Made by a program: the position numbers and the translations under genes
From: Chrysomallon squamiferum
Taxonomy: Eukaryota; Animalia; Mollusca
Reading direction: 5' to 3'
Assembly: GCA_012295275.1 (NCBI GenBank)
Contig: CM022678.1
Span: 15,562,001-15,626,000 of the forward strand
DNA length: 64,000 nt
Shown: piece by piece, positions 48,273-63,052 of the stretch
Layout of the letters: each line of letters opens with the position of its first letter
Numbering within the stretch: the first letter of the stretch is position 1
The notes under the pieces: model-generated
Told to the model about the DNA's origin: nothing
Database searches by the model: none
The model's input: only the letters and a program-made list of their open reading frames with translations

Positions 48273-50896
48273 CACTACACCTTCTGGTACTATTACTACT
48301 ACTACTACTAATAATAATAAGACAAAGAAGAAGAAGAAGAAGAAGAAGAAGAAGAAGAAGAACAAGAAGAACAACCAAAACAACACAATAAAATTTGATA
48401 TTATTTCTTTCGGAATTAAAAGTGTTTTATAATGCTCTGTAGTAGGAATATGAGAATAAAAATTATGATGATAATCTATTCTCAAAATAGGCCTGGCAAT
48501 TTACGTTTTGTTTTTGTTTATTTGTTTCAGACACTCCACTGGTTCAGTTCAAACCTAAGGTTTTGTACCACACAGCCAATGCTACTGGAATTTTACGAGG
48601 AAAAATAATTTTGGAATGTTTCTTCAGTGGAAAGTAAAGAATTTTTAAATATTTTACTTAATCATATTACTAAATAATTACAGAAATATAAATTTTAAAA
48701 TTAATTATTGTAGAACATTGATGAATATCTTTCATAATCATATTAATAAACATGAATATGATAGAAAAATAATTACAGATTAAAAACTGAAAAGCTAATT
48801 TCTGTAAATATTTGTAAATATAATAAATAATTATTTTAGCAAAATATAAACATGATAGAAAACAATTATAGAATAGTAATTAATAAATTAGTTACTTTAG
48901 ATAAATTATCCACATAACAGAGATTATTTATTTATTTATTATTTTCATATTTTTTAATATTTGTGATAGGTACCTGTTGAATGTTTATAGTTAAGACATT
49001 TCTGCTGTTTTCATGTGTGTTTGAGCGTGTATTTGAGATGTGTGCATGTCTGTGGGTGTGCGTGTGTGTGTGTAGGTGTGTCTCTGTCATTCTGCACGTA
49101 TGAGTAGAACAAAAAATCTTTCAAATAAAGCCAGTCTTTGTGTTCATTTTTTTGTTTTTGGTTATTTCATGCTCAGTTTCAAAACAAAGAATAAATAAAC
49201 AAAATAAATAAATAAATAAATAACCAATCAATCACTCAATCACTAACAAACAACTTCTGTGACAACTTATTTAAATAATTGTTTTTTTCGTCATTGCTTT
49301 TTACAGCCCAGTTCCTGGAGATTATAAGCAAAATGCTGATATCAGTTGGTCAGATCCTTCTGGTAAAATAATAAAACCTTCAGCAGACAAATATGCATGG
49401 GACGATTCACACAAACGTGTCTTGGAGATTTCTGATCTGGTGGAGGAAGATGAAGGTGTCTATAAATGTACTGGCAGGAACAGTCTGGGATTAGCCAGTG
49501 CAGATATCTTTCTCAATGTCACCTGTAAGTAAATTATAAACATCAAAAGTCTTTTGTCCATGTTTCTGATTCTTTACAGTTAAAATCTCAATATCAGTTG
49601 TAATGAATGTTAGTATCAGCAGGATAGTAGATTGTTTTATTTTACGTTAACCCTTTGTGCGCTGAGCTTTACGTTAACCCTTTGTGCGCTGAGCTTCAGT
49701 TATGTCTTGAACCTTGTTTAGCTATAGACACATTAGAAGGTTCTTCATGCTAAATAATAATTTAACAAAACACTGTTGATATTTAAGAAGTTTTCTTTGT
49801 GAAGCTATATTAAGTTTAAGTTTAATAATAATAATAATAATAGTAATAGTAATAATAATAACTATTAATTAGTACTGTGACGTGTTTCAGCCCCGCCTAT
49901 AGTGGTGGAAGGACTTCACTCACAGACTGTCACTCAGGGTAAAGATGTTGAGTTCACCTGTGTTACACGTGCAGCATCCGGGGAGACAGAACCTCCCCCT
50001 CCGACTTGGTTCAAGAATGCAGAATATTTGTCAAATGTTGGTTGGTATCTTCACATCTCAGTTTATACTGATTTAAATATTCTTAAATTTCTTTAAACTT
50101 AAATAGTGGAAATATGTTTAAAATATTTTTATTCATTTTAACTTTCAAATTCATCCATGATTATAATAATACATAAACTGAAAACCCAGCTTACATCTCT
50201 TCAAAAAGATATAAAGCAATAATGAAATAAAAATATTTAAACAACTGAATTTACAAATCATAGTAAATAATGACTGTATCGAAAATATTTAAATAAAAAT
50301 CAAATTTTCAAAAAGTATGAATACTGTAAGATGAACTTATATGAAATATGAACAGTATTTTCAGATGTTAAAGAGTCAAAAAATTTAATTATCAGTATAG
50401 CAATATATTCATCTATGAAATGTTTACTACTTTATAATCAAGTATAAAATATAATTTATTTCGAAAAAATTTCAATATTATAAACCTGAGTTATAAATTG
50501 AGGGTGAAAAAATCTGTTTTCTAATTAAGCATGAAATATAATTTATTTAGTAAAGTAAATACATTTTTCTGCTTCTTTTTTCACTTGTTTTTTTATTTAG
50601 ATCCTGACAAGTATGTTTTCTCAGACAACAATCGTAGACTGACAGTGAAAAATGTACAAATACTGGAAGATATTTCCTGTTTCCAGTGTCGTGTACAAAA
50701 TAATGTTGGTAATATATCTGGAGATGGATGTCTCAATGTGGTCTGTAAGTTTTATTATTATTACTAATTCTTCTTTTGTTGTTGATAGTTGATAATGTTT
50801 ATGTTACAGTTTGATAAATTTGTGTGAGTTTATGGTATGTATTTGTGTCTGTGTTAGTTTATGATGATTGTTTGTTAGTGAGTGCATTAGAGAGAG

Positions 50897-50972
<76 letters not shown>

Positions 50973-51668
50973 CATGTAGCTATTTAAAGTTATACATTAA
51001 AATATTGCTTTAAGATTAAATTCTGTAGGACACAAATAAAGTTAAACTATTTATATAAAAAGTAATAATTCATAAAGCACGTAAAGCAGTTTGTTATGTC
51101 ACAAACACTCACACCTAAACTTTTTTTTAATTTTAATTTAAATTTTTTTTTTTTTTTTTTTGCAGTGCCTATCACCATCACAGTTAGGCCACCTGAAATC
51201 CAGGAGATAACAAAAGGTGACATCGTAGATTTAACAGTGGAAGCAACCACAGAGGATGGGGAAGAAATAAAGTATTCATGGTTTTTCAATGGCACGAAAG
51301 TGAGTGACACAAAGCCCAAGTACGTCACCTTCAACGCTGTCACTCATACAGCATACATCAACACATCGGAGCTGACTGACGAAGAATTCAAGACAATCAT
51401 TGGAACGTACGTTACAAACCTCTACCACACATATGACTCTGTCAACGTCACAACAACAGTGTTGCTGAAGGAGTTGCCAGGTTACTCTTTATTGTTTTTA
51501 ACAGAGTGATGGAGAGGGTTGTTTCACATAACATGCTGTAGTCACAGTCTGTGTCTGTTTATTTTTATTTTTCTAAATCATGCCAAAATGAGTTAGGATA
51601 AAAAAAAGTGTATTATTTGCAACTTGTAGTAGTTGATGTCATTTGTAAAGTGTGCATTATTATTATTA

Positions 51669-51699
<31 letters not shown>

Positions 51700-53166
51700 A
51701 CAAGTTTTGTGTGTTTTTAAAATGACATTGTCGAGTCTATGTTGTGTATTTCAGACACTGTTGCTGTAGTTGGTGGTCAGACAGATGTGTGGTGGATTGC
51801 ACTCATCATTCCACTCATTCTGCTCATCGTTGTCATCATCATCATCGCAGTTGTGTACCGGAGCAAACAAAAGGAAATATTCTACCCATGTAAAATATTT
51901 TTCATATCTTAATATCTTAGTACACCACTAACAGTGGCTGTGTTGTCAGCTTTTAGTTCATTATTCTCTTAGTTGTAATCAGGATGCTCATGTTTATATT
52001 TGTTTTATCTCAGTGATTGTTAATTATTTTGTTTCAGAAGATTAAAAAAATATTTCGTTATTTAAGGAAACATGTAATGAAAGACGCTATCTCAACAATA
52101 TTTCTGCTGGGTTAAAATGTAAATATGTCAAGTGGTTAAAAGGAGATTTCAGAATAATTTTACTGGAAAACAGATTAAAATGACTTTGATATCCTCATTT
52201 ATGGTAGACAAAAAGGGAAGTTCACAGCAGGATAAAACAACCTTTACATCTGATTTTTCAAAATATATTTTTTAAAATTATTTTTCACAGTGGACAAAAA
52301 AGAGAGAGCTGCTGATCTTGATCCAGAGAAAGACTTGGCTGACGGTGCATTCCATGATCTTTCAAGATCGTAAGATTTAAATTTGCTTTTCAAAATTAAT
52401 TACTGTTAGCATTTTATATCTACAAATGACAGTAGTCTGCTTTACTTTAACCAAAAGAAAACAAAATTTTTAGAGGGACATTCAGTGCAGAAAACTAAAA
52501 TATTTAAAACCGAATTAATGATTTATTAACAGTATGAAGAATAAAAACTCAAAGTTAAAAGGATAAAAAAAGATCACTTTATTTTTGGATTAATTCCAAG
52601 GTAATATTTAAAAAAAAAAAAATGTGATTCCTAATAATATCATACTGACGAATAATTAATGTTTATTAACAGTTTTAATTATTGTTAAAATTAAAAACCG
52701 GCAGAAATTAAAAAAATTACAACTGTTTATTGGGAGCCTGTTTACTAAATATAAGTTAAGATTAACTGGCTACAGAAAACTGAGGCAGTTTCTATCTTTT
52801 TAATTTTTGTTTCTAATGTTATTTATTTTGTACCATTAGCAAACTGAAAATTGATTTTTGTTTTAATATATATATTTATTATATATAATAATTTCAACAA
52901 CAAAACTATTAAAAATAATAATATTAATTATGTTTCACAGTTATGCTGATGATGATTTTCCAATTAAACCGACGATCAACCTGGATGATGATCTGTTCAG
53001 TGACAATGAAGATGAAGCAGCAAGGTTGATGGAATACGGTGGCGACATTGACCCAGAAAAGTTCAATGAGGACGGGTCATTCATTGGCCAGTACGCCCCC
53101 CGAGAACCTCCCCCACCTGTGTCTTACCAAACTAATGAAGATGGAATAAGGATTGTAACCAGTTAA
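43387..53166 (+). CDS. L1/neuroglian-family Ig-superfamily type I membrane protein, paralog B (signal peptide, 5 Ig-like, TM, FIGQY tail, no FnIII)
   Basis: Exons 43387-43450, 45188-45293, 45905-46098, 46824-47000, 47824-47952, 48531-48633, 49307-49524, 49891-50040, 50601-50744, 51166-51480, 51755-51889 (TM), 52291-52369, 52941-53166; same phases as paralog A. Tail [51 protein letters not shown]. Possible non-coding first exon ending at 41760 (aaaag|gtaagt). Confidence 0.9.
43800..44600. repeat. Higher-order TG/TA-rich minisatellite (tatatccgtgtgtg..tttctgag units)
   Basis: Direct inspection; source of several spurious ORFs. Confidence 0.92.
45294..45545 (+). repeat. 62-bp tandem repeat starting at the donor of paralog B coding exon 2
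   Basis: gtgagttttgatatatacg.. recurs as atgagttttgatatatacg.. at 62-bp spacing, then decays to shorter subunits. Confidence 0.85.
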
Positions 53167-53280
53167 GTGCCGCCTTCATACCCAGTGTGAAAAATGAATT
53201 TTTTTTTATTTTTTTTTATTTATTTGTTTGGTTTTTTGGTTTAAAGTGAATGTTTAAGGTGTTTGTATTTTTATAATGTT

Positions 53281-53311
<31 letters not shown>

Positions 53312-56174
53312 CGTAATGTTTTAATGTGTGCTTTAAAAAACTCACAGTAGATTTTTAAGGTATATACTTTATATATGTTTTCTTATAAATAATTATCTAA
53401 TTTTTGTGGATTGTTTTTTGTTTGTTTTAACATCAATGAATCACTTGCATGGTTGGTTGAAAAATAAAAATAATATAAATATTGACAATGGAGAATAAAA
53501 GTATAACTTTTTTTGATTGTTTTGAAAACAAACAGTTAAACTTAAAGAAACAAAACAACTAATGTTTGAATGTATACCAGTAAACCCTCAAGTTTTTTTC
53601 TGTTTAGTATTATTATTATTATTATTTGTTGTTGTTGTTTAATTAAAAGTTATTTAGGGTTTAATTATACACGTTATATTTTTCATAATTTGTTAGTAAG
53701 GAAAAATGTATTTATTTAAAGTTTTATTCTGTTTTAGGCATATTCTATTCCTCTATTATCTTTATTTTGTATTTATTTGTTTGTTAAATCCCAATGATGT
53801 TAATATTTAAATTGTTATAAAAAAAAACGTTTAGTCTTGAGAAAAAATAGAACTGTATAATTAAATAATTAAAAATCAAATCAGTCCTATTACTTTATGT
53901 TTTTGACATCTTTTAATATTTTTTCATTCATAGAACATTTTATAGTAGTTATAATTAAACATTTTATTTACCTTAAACACTCAAGATATTATAAATAAGG
54001 GGTATTTAATTATATTGCTGAGTTGTTTTTAAAAGAATTTGTTTGCTAGCTCACGACTTGTAAAAACTATGAATTAAAAAAGATACTGTTACTTAAGTTT
54101 GTAAATATTTTTTTTAAACTTTACGCTTGCAAGATAGGCAGAAATAAGGCAGCATATTTTTAATACGACTACACACATTTCACTGGAATAAATGAAATTA
54201 TTCTCATTTGCATTTAAATGTAGATCATAGAAGAAAAAATGATTATTTTTTTCTACCTAATTCAAAAGAAAATGAATAATAATGACAGAATTGTTTTTTA
54301 ATTGTTTTAAATCATCAAAAAAAAAAAAAAATAAATAAATAACCCAAAATAATAAAATAAATAAACAAACAAAAGAAAATGTTATTTTAAAATATAATTA
54401 GCAATGCATTAAAATATTTAAACAAAAAAAAAATATACATTTAAAAAAAAAAAAAAAATTCTCTCGCAGCAATGTATTTTTGTTGATTTTCATATTTGTA
54501 AATAGATGCCTGGTTTTGCAAGGTTTTTATTGTTTGTTGATTTTTTATATTGTCATCCAAGCTAATTTTATACCCTCCGTGTATCATAAAATGTTATTTA
54601 TTACAGACTTTTTACATGTACATGTGCGAAAGGTGTTAGCATTGGATGGCGTTTTTTAAAAATGAAATTTGTATATCTCTCATTCACATTTCATTAGTGC
54701 AATTTCACCCAGTACTCCATGTCACTCATAGCTGCCATTTTTTTATATAACTTTACGTACTGCACATTTTGATCAGAAATTTCTGTTATTTTTGAACTTT
54801 ATGCAGGAGCAGTAGTATGAAGTTAGTAATAAATGAACTGTCTATTTTATCTTTGTACAAAACTGATTTCAAACACTGTCTACTCAATAAACACACTGTG
54901 GTTCCTATCACATTAAGACTTCATTCTGTTGTCAATATTAATGAAGATTCAGAAACTGTATGAATCTTTTCAGCTATTGATAATTTTTATATTAACATTT
55001 AATTAAAATTGATGTGTTTGCTTGGTATCAAAATACAATAACAAAAGGATACTTTAAAAAAAAACAGTTTTTGAATACGGTAATGAATATTTTCCATAAA
55101 CGAATTAATCTATTATTAATCTACAAATTAATCAGTTAAATTTTAGATACATCCATCTGACTTAGAGGTTATCTGTTTGTTTCTGTGTCATGTTTGTGTT
55201 CATATTGCTCGTTTTTAGCTTGCCATGGCCATTATCATTATTGCCGGAGGGACCTTTCCACGTGTATAGAATTGTTAAAACTGTTTTTTTTAAATACTTC
55301 TCATTCCTTAGCAATAAATGCGCTGAATGATAATACCTAGTTTGTCTTTCTTTTCATTGTGTTTTATTTGTTAACAGAAAAATGACAAAAACAACTGAAA
55401 ATATTTTAGCACAAGAAACATCTTTTATCCCACGAATAATAATTAAATTAAAAAATATTTGATAAGCATAAAAAAAAAAAAAAAACATTCTGTTAAAATG
55501 AAATAACTATTTAAATTAGTGCCACCCCCACAAAAAAAAAGAGAAGAAGCTAATAACCCTATTTAAATGGGGGAAAATACATTCCATTAAAAACCAGCAT
55601 TGAAATGAAAACTAAAATGTAAAATTCCTTATAAAAGAAATGGTTGTTAAATACAAAAAAAAAAATAAAAATAAAAATAAATTAATTAATTAATTAATTA
55701 AATAAATAAATAAATAAATAAATAAAAAATGAAAGAATTCTTATATATATATATAAGACTAAACAAATCTAAAACTTGTTCACATAACGTATTAAAACGT
55801 ATATAAACTATTAATATAAACTATGTAACAAAAAATAAAAGTAAAAAAAAACAAGGTAATTAATACCATAGAAAAATAACAGCTATTTGACAATGTTGAT
55901 TTGTCAGCTATTCTGAATTCAGTTGAAAATAGTGAATAATGAAAACAAAAATGAAGACAAGTATTTAATCTATATCTATATCTCTCTCTCTGTATCTATC
56001 TATCTATAATAATTTCAGTAGTTGTAGTACTAGTAATAATAATAAACAAATTGTACTAGTATGTATTAGTAGTAGTACTGATAGTTCTAGCAGTAGTGGT
56101 AGTAATAAAAATAATGATAACAGTAGTAGTATAGTATAGCAGTAGTAGTAGTAGTAGTAATAATAATAATAAAA

Positions 56175-56425
56175 TAACGTCATACAGTACATAATTTGGT
56201 CCGGATTTAGTGAAATCAATATTATAAAGTTCAGCAGTATTAAAACAGTGGAGCAACTAAAAAGATAATTTGTGATGCTTGAGATATTAAAGATAAATAA
56301 AAAAATAGATTATGATAACGTACTCGTAAGAATTAGTTTTGTAATAGGTGACACTGTCCTGACTCTCCTCCCATTTATAACACTCCAAGCGACACAGACA
56401 TAGTCTCCACTTTCTCATGAACAGC
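56175..56425 (-). pseudogene. Inverted fragment of the Ig1 exon plus downstream intron of a paralog-C-like gene
   Basis: Reverse complement aligns to ~61018-61335 (gagaaagtggagactatgtctgt..gcttggagtgttataaatgggagg..aattcttacga|gta..aatatctcaagcatcacaaattatc) with deletions. Confidence 0.85.
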
Positions 56426-56444
56426 TTTCCTTTGTCTGCTTGTA

Positions 56445-56969
56445 CAGTGGCACTTCGGGTTACGAACGTAATTCGATTCAGAACTCGGTTCGTAAACAGA
56501 AGCGGTTTCAGACACACGAACACTACTCTCATGCTACTTCTTTCTTAACCTCTACTGTGATACGTTTAAACTGTCCACCAGCATTATCGCTTTCACTTTT
56601 TCTTTTGTTGGGCGCCATATTGGATAGGGTATGCACATAAAAGCAGCAACACTTTAAAAATGCGAGCGCACAATCTCAGTGCAAAAGCTATTGAGCTGCA
56701 ACTGCACATCGAAGACTAAAGACCCTGATTCATGATATATATTTGCTATAGGGCATGCCAATAATCCCTACTTTGACCTCGGTTTTGACGTAAGCATCTA
56801 TTTTTATCTTTACTAGATGTTGACGTCAAAACCGACGTCAAAAGAAAGCTTGTCGCTGTAGTTCATAACTCGGGACATTATTCGTAAACCGAGACAAAAT
56901 TTGCTCTGATTATAGTTCGTAATCCGATTTGTTCGTGCTTTGAGGCGTTCGTAACCCGAGGTGTCACTG
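56445..56969. mobile_element. Non-autonomous Tc1/mariner-pogo (Tigger-like) MITE, 525 bp
   Basis: 24-bp terminal inverted repeats cagtggcacttcgggttacgaacg / cgttcgtaacccgaggtgtcactg (2 mismatches), flanked by TA on both sides (56443-56444, 56970-56971). Confidence 0.88.
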
Positions 56970-57382
56970 TATTTAATAAAACTGCTTATTTGGTCGAATT
57001 GCTTTATTATTCAATAGCCAAAAGTAACTATAAAACTGGTAGGAAGAGATATATTATTTATTTGTGTATACTGAATTATATATTATTTAGTTAGTATCAG
57101 ACAAACACACACTGACACACATATGTAAAAACAAACTTAAAATTTGTATTTGTTTGTATTTATCTTCTCTTTTTTCTGCATATCTAGTTGTTTTATTGAC
57201 AAATATTTACTTTTTTTTCTTTCTATCCAGGCTAATATTATGTAATAGAATTCTTTTTTAATGCATCTTCTTTACATTGCAGACAGGAGCGCGCGTTTTA
57301 TATGAGAATTAAAATTTAATTTAATTTTTATATTTTTACGATCAATACAGCTCCGTATTCTACGAAACGAACAAAGGCTAAA

Positions 57383-57416
<34 letters not shown>

Positions 57417-57420
57417 ACAA

Positions 57421-57454
<34 letters not shown>

Positions 57455-57511
57455 ACAATTTCTCAGTTTCAAATATCTCTATAGCTTCAGTATCAGACAG
57501 AAAACCAGAAA

Positions 57512-57513
<2 letters not shown>

Positions 57514-57571
<58 letters not shown>

Positions 57572-57572
57572 T

Positions 57573-57654
<82 letters not shown>
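57514..57654. repeat. (AAT)n-(TG)n-(GA)n compound microsatellite
   Basis: Direct inspection. Confidence 0.92.
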
Positions 57655-57657
<3 letters not shown>

Positions 57658-57956
57658 ATTCTGCAGAGTCTTTATCTGAATTAATTACTATAAAAACGAT
57701 GCTAATCAGTAAGTCTGACAAAAACGACCTAAGTGTAACAGTTACTCGGACTGAGCGTACGAGCGTGCGTTTGTGTGCGGCGTAACATGTTCACATGTCA
57801 TATACATCTGTCTTTACAGTGAGAATTACAATTATTTAAAAGAAAATTCATTTACTTTTGTTTGTAAAACGGCAAAGCAGCTATAAATCGTAACACCAAA
57901 AGTACGTAAAATTGTTAATAAATTAAATAAATAACATTACAAGAACAAAACAAAAA

Positions 57957-58011
<55 letters not shown>

Positions 58012-58694
58012 AATTCAGATTTAATATAAATAATAATTTACCACGTTGATTCCGTGGGTGTTTTTTTTTTTGTAATTATTTATTTATTTATTTATTATTT
58101 TAAAAATCTGTTTATAGTAAATCCATAAACAGTGAATAGCAAATCAATATAAATAAAACAATAACTGAATACTAATTACTGTTTAGAAAAAGCACGGTTA
58201 CCAAGGTAACGTAATATGAACGTCACAGCATTTTGTTGTTCTTTTCTGTCAGGTTTTTAGCGAAAAGGTTTGCTCTTTTGTAAAATTGTATCGCCGTAAT
58301 ATAGTTTTATTTTATTTTATTGGCAACCTTCTATTTCTAAATTTACCTCAGAACTATGAATATATAGTATTCATTTTTGTTTCATCTTCTTCTCCTTTTC
58401 TATTATATTTGTAAATTATGTCCATGGTTACACTGCCGTCTATCTCTCACTGTTTGCATTACCAAACCACTATTCTTTTCAAATAGGGCTTATTAGTAAC
58501 TCGACGACTCATTGTTAATCTCAAGAAGTCAAAAGATGTCGTGATAAAGGGTATTTCCTCACAATAACTTTAATCATTTATTAAAGATAAAACAGTGTAT
58601 TTTTGCCTTTGCAAAAGGAAAATATAGGTCACTAGCGCTATTAAAATAGTGTTCAAGTATAATTTTACAGCTTAGAGATAACTGTGTTGTAAAG

Positions 58695-59310
58695 TCACTA
58701 GTTTAGTTCGCCATGTATGGATTTCACACTACGGTAGGAAGTGATATAGTAATTGATTTGACTTCATTTGGCTACGAACTCAGCAAAAGTCTTAGCTAAC
58801 AAATGTTTTGTCACCTGTAATCACCAAAATCCAAGATGGCCGCCGTCACTCAGTAAGAATACAGAAAATGGCATATCTGTGCAGAAAATCAGTTTGAATA
58901 CCTTCTGTGAGAAAATTCCGCGAATAGAAACTGCGGAGTAAATGCCGGTCTCAGCAGCAACTGTATCTGGTCCACTTCCTCGAGATGCTTTTCCAGTCCG
59001 TGCAAGTCAGCAAAGCTAAGCAATGATGTAAATTCCCTGCTCCGGGAACCAAGCGATTGCTCCTTGCATTTTAATGAATATTCATCAAATGTTGACCTTT
59101 GTTTTGACTTTACTGAATCGAATTGAAACTAGTCAAAAATGACCTTTCTTTTGACCTTCTTTAATGACCCTGACCTACGCTCGACAGGAAACATGTTCCA
59201 TATTATCTAACATCAGTAAAAAGGTCTTCACAGATCGTCAAATCTGTCACTTTCTCAGTTTGGACGTCAAATTGCTACTGAAATATATCCCAGTCTACAT
59301 TACACATAAG
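58695..59310. mobile_element. GC-richer insertion upstream of paralog C, absent from the homologous region of paralog B (probable transposon fragment)
   Basis: Homology between ~42290-43500 and ~58040-59800 is interrupted here; no clear TIR or TSD identified. Confidence 0.4.
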
Positions 59311-59678
59311 TAGAGCAAATTATAATTCCAGATTTAATTTAGTTTAATAGTTTACTTTAATGCATTGTTTTTTTTCTTTCTCTGAAATAACTTTAAGCAA
59401 GACTGGGCAATTCTGGTTTCTGGCTTTAATCATATATATTAACAGGACATTTTAGGAGATTATGGCTTATTGTATGCATTTTTGGTTTATGATTCAACAG
59501 GAAAATGTTTCATTTAAAGCGTTGAATTTTTTAGAACTGATTTCTTAATGATCTGTTGGATGTTTACACAGTTTTATTAATGAGAATATTTTCTTTGATT
59601 TGCATAAAATTAACAACTGTGAACTATCTGATAGAGGATCAGGGGAGATAATTAATTACAGAGGAGAATATTATAACG

Positions 59679-61867
59679 ATGTATAGAGAACTAATAGCTT
59701 GTTTCGCTTATTTTTCTCTGGTGTCTCCAGGAAAGCTTAAAGGTAAAACTATTTTTAATTATAGAAATTTGAATTAGATATATATTTACAAACGTTTCTT
59801 GTATCTTAGGCGGTCAAAATACATTTTTACTGCTTCATTACTGTGTTGTTAGTCATCAGGTGACATTGTAGTTATAAGCAAATTTAGTATTATACAACAT
59901 ACATCTGCAGATAATAAAAAAAATTGCTATTCAACAACATATATAACTAAAATATCATCATTGAATTAAAACTTTCTTTTTCTTTTAAAAGTATTAAAAC
60001 TATTTGTGATTTAAAAAATCAAGTAGAATTAATTTTTATGCAGTCGACTGCAGCCATATTTATTTATCTAATAATTGATTATGCTGACAGAAAAATGTCA
60101 TTTTCAAATGCTGTGTCAACATTATTGATTTATTTCCTAAGAATTATTATTGTTACAGTAAATATTGTACGTTAAAAATATATATTTTTTAAAACTATTA
60201 AACACACAGACATACACAAACAAATCACAATAACAGTTATTTATCATAAAAGATAATGTTCTTAAATGATTTATTATTATTATTATTATTTTACTTGCAG
60301 TGCAGCCACCTAATATTATTTCGCCTAAGATAAATGATGTTAGATATGTTAGACAAAACAAACGTTTTACAATACAATGTGAAGCTACAGGCAGACCAAC
60401 ACCTAAGTAAGTTTTAATAAACGTCTTTGTAGAAGATAATTGTTCAAAACCTGTAGAACCGTTATGAACATCTATCTCCTGTAGATCTATCTATATAACT
60501 AAATTTAAAAATTTGTTTTTCGTTTACTCTTTATTTTAAATTTATAAAGCTATTCAGATTTGTATTATACTTATTTTTAATTTCTACACTTTTTCCATCT
60601 GCCATTATCAGACAAAAAAGATCACAAACTTAATTAATAAAAATAATGTACATATAAGTCATTACACAAACTAAATAATATATAAGTCAATACACACAAA
60701 CTAAATAACAAATAAATCAATATACACAAACAAAATAATAAATAAGTTAATAGACATAAACAAATAAATAATACATAAGTCAACAAACACAAACTAAATA
60801 AAATATAAGTTAATAAACACAACCTAAATGATATATAATATACAAAAAAAAATTAATATATAAATTAATACACACAAATTAAATAGTAGTAAGTCAATTT
60901 ACACCAACTAAATAATATATCTATGTCTATCAATTTGATACAGGTTCTCTTGGCTACGGAATAATAAAACAATTCGACCAGGAGGCAGGTATATTCAATA
61001 CACGGAGAGAACAGGACAGCTGTTCATTCCTCGGTTCAGTTCTAGAGAAAGTGGAGACTATGTCTGTATCGCTTGGAGTGTTATAAATGGGAGGACAGTC
61101 AGGACAGTGTCACCTACCACAAAACTAATTCTTACGAGTAAGTTATCATAATCTATTTTTTGATTTACCTTTAATATCTCAAGCATCACAAATTATCTTT
61201 TTAGTTGCTCCACTGTTTCAATACTGATGAACCTTGATTTCACAATTCTTGGTTTTCCAGATTGACGGAAATCCAGACCAAATTTGGGAAATTTTTCTGT
61301 TGTATAATTTTCTTTACATATACTGTATGACGTTTGTTTATATTTTTTGTGTCAATGTCTGTGTATTATTTTTACATCTTTATGTTATTGTTAATATTTA
61401 TGTTTGCAATTTCCCATACTTTTCCATTTTCCGGACTGGTTGTTGACCTTTAGTAGTCCATGAAGTCGATGGTCAACAGTGTTTAAACTGGAACAAACAT
61501 TATGTAACAGACTTAAAGTACGAATTCTTTTTTTTTTTTAAACTGTAAGATTTTATCAACATCTTGTGTATCATGAACATGATCAAAACATCAATATGTT
61601 GAATATATGAACATGACAGAAAAAGCATTAAATTTTGAATATCATGAACAATAAGCATGATAAAGAAAAGAACAAAAAAAGAAGAAGAAAACAAACAAAC
61701 AAAAAACACCAAGAAACAAACATTTTCAGTGTCATAAACAAGATCAAATCATGATCATTCTGAATATGGATAAAAACTATAAATTAACTTGAACATCGCA
61801 TAATTCGTGACTTCCAGACTGGTGCTAAGCCTGTCACTTTCAGTCCGTGAACTTAAGGGTCAACAGT

Positions 61868-61957
<90 letters not shown>

Positions 61958-62090
61958 TACTACTACTACTACTACTATCATTATTATTATTATTATACTA
62001 TTATTCTTATTACTATTACTACTGCTACTACTGCCATTACCACTGCTATTACTACTACTATTATTACTACTACCATTATTATTATTACTA

Positions 62091-62129
<39 letters not shown>

Positions 62130-63013
62130 AACTATTATTATTATTACTATTACTGTTATTACTATTATCATTATTACTGTTTTCATACTTATTACTATTA
62201 TTATTACCATTATTATTACTATTATTATTAATATTATTATTATTATTATTATCTTTGGTTAAGGACTTGGTAGTTTCCCTAATATGAAGCTTGTTTACAT
62301 AACTGGTCGTCAAGGTAACCCTCTTTCACTGAAGTGTTACGGTGCACCAGAAAGTCAGCCACCTGGTCAGATGATGTGGTATTCTGGGAAACACAACAGT
62401 CAGCTCATTCCAAATGTCAGGAAGTTCATTGATGCTCAAGGTAAAATTAATTATTTATCAACACAGGTTAAAACTGGAGGAATGGGTCTTTTCTTTTTTT
62501 TTAAATTTTTTTTTTTTTTATTTTTTTTTTGTGTTTTCTATTTTTTTTTTTTTTTTTTTTTTTTTTAGCTGATTAAGTTAATAATAAATTAGCAAATTTT
62601 GATAGACTAATTTTATTAATGACAAAGATAATTAGTTGCATTTCGTAATACCCATACAAATCTACCATTTAAATATGTGATATTTTTTAAAATATAATTT
62701 ATCAGTATTTTTGTTTTTTTTATTATAATTTTACTATTGAAGGTGATATTTATGTTGGAGGTTTTTGACGGATTGATTTAATATTTATAACAACCGGGAA
62801 AACTGCGGAATATAATGTATTAAATTAAAAATATATACATTTAAAAATCTTTGATAAAAGTCACATAAGACTGAGAAAACGTGTAATCATTATTCGTATT
62901 ATTGTTAGTATTACCACTACTGCTGCTGTTACTACTAATACTATTATTAAATGTCACTATTACGTTACTACTACTTCTACTACTACTACTACAACTACTA
63001 CTACATCTACTAC

Positions 63014-63052
<39 letters not shown>

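Noticed and set aside
49641-49694. 27-bp direct repeat containing TTAACCCTTT, resembling a piggyBac end
   Set aside because: No matching inverted end found; a simple local duplication suffices.
61441-61865. Possible MITE bounded by tgttgaccttta / taagggtcaaca
   Set aside because: Inverted match is short and imperfect and no TSD was seen.
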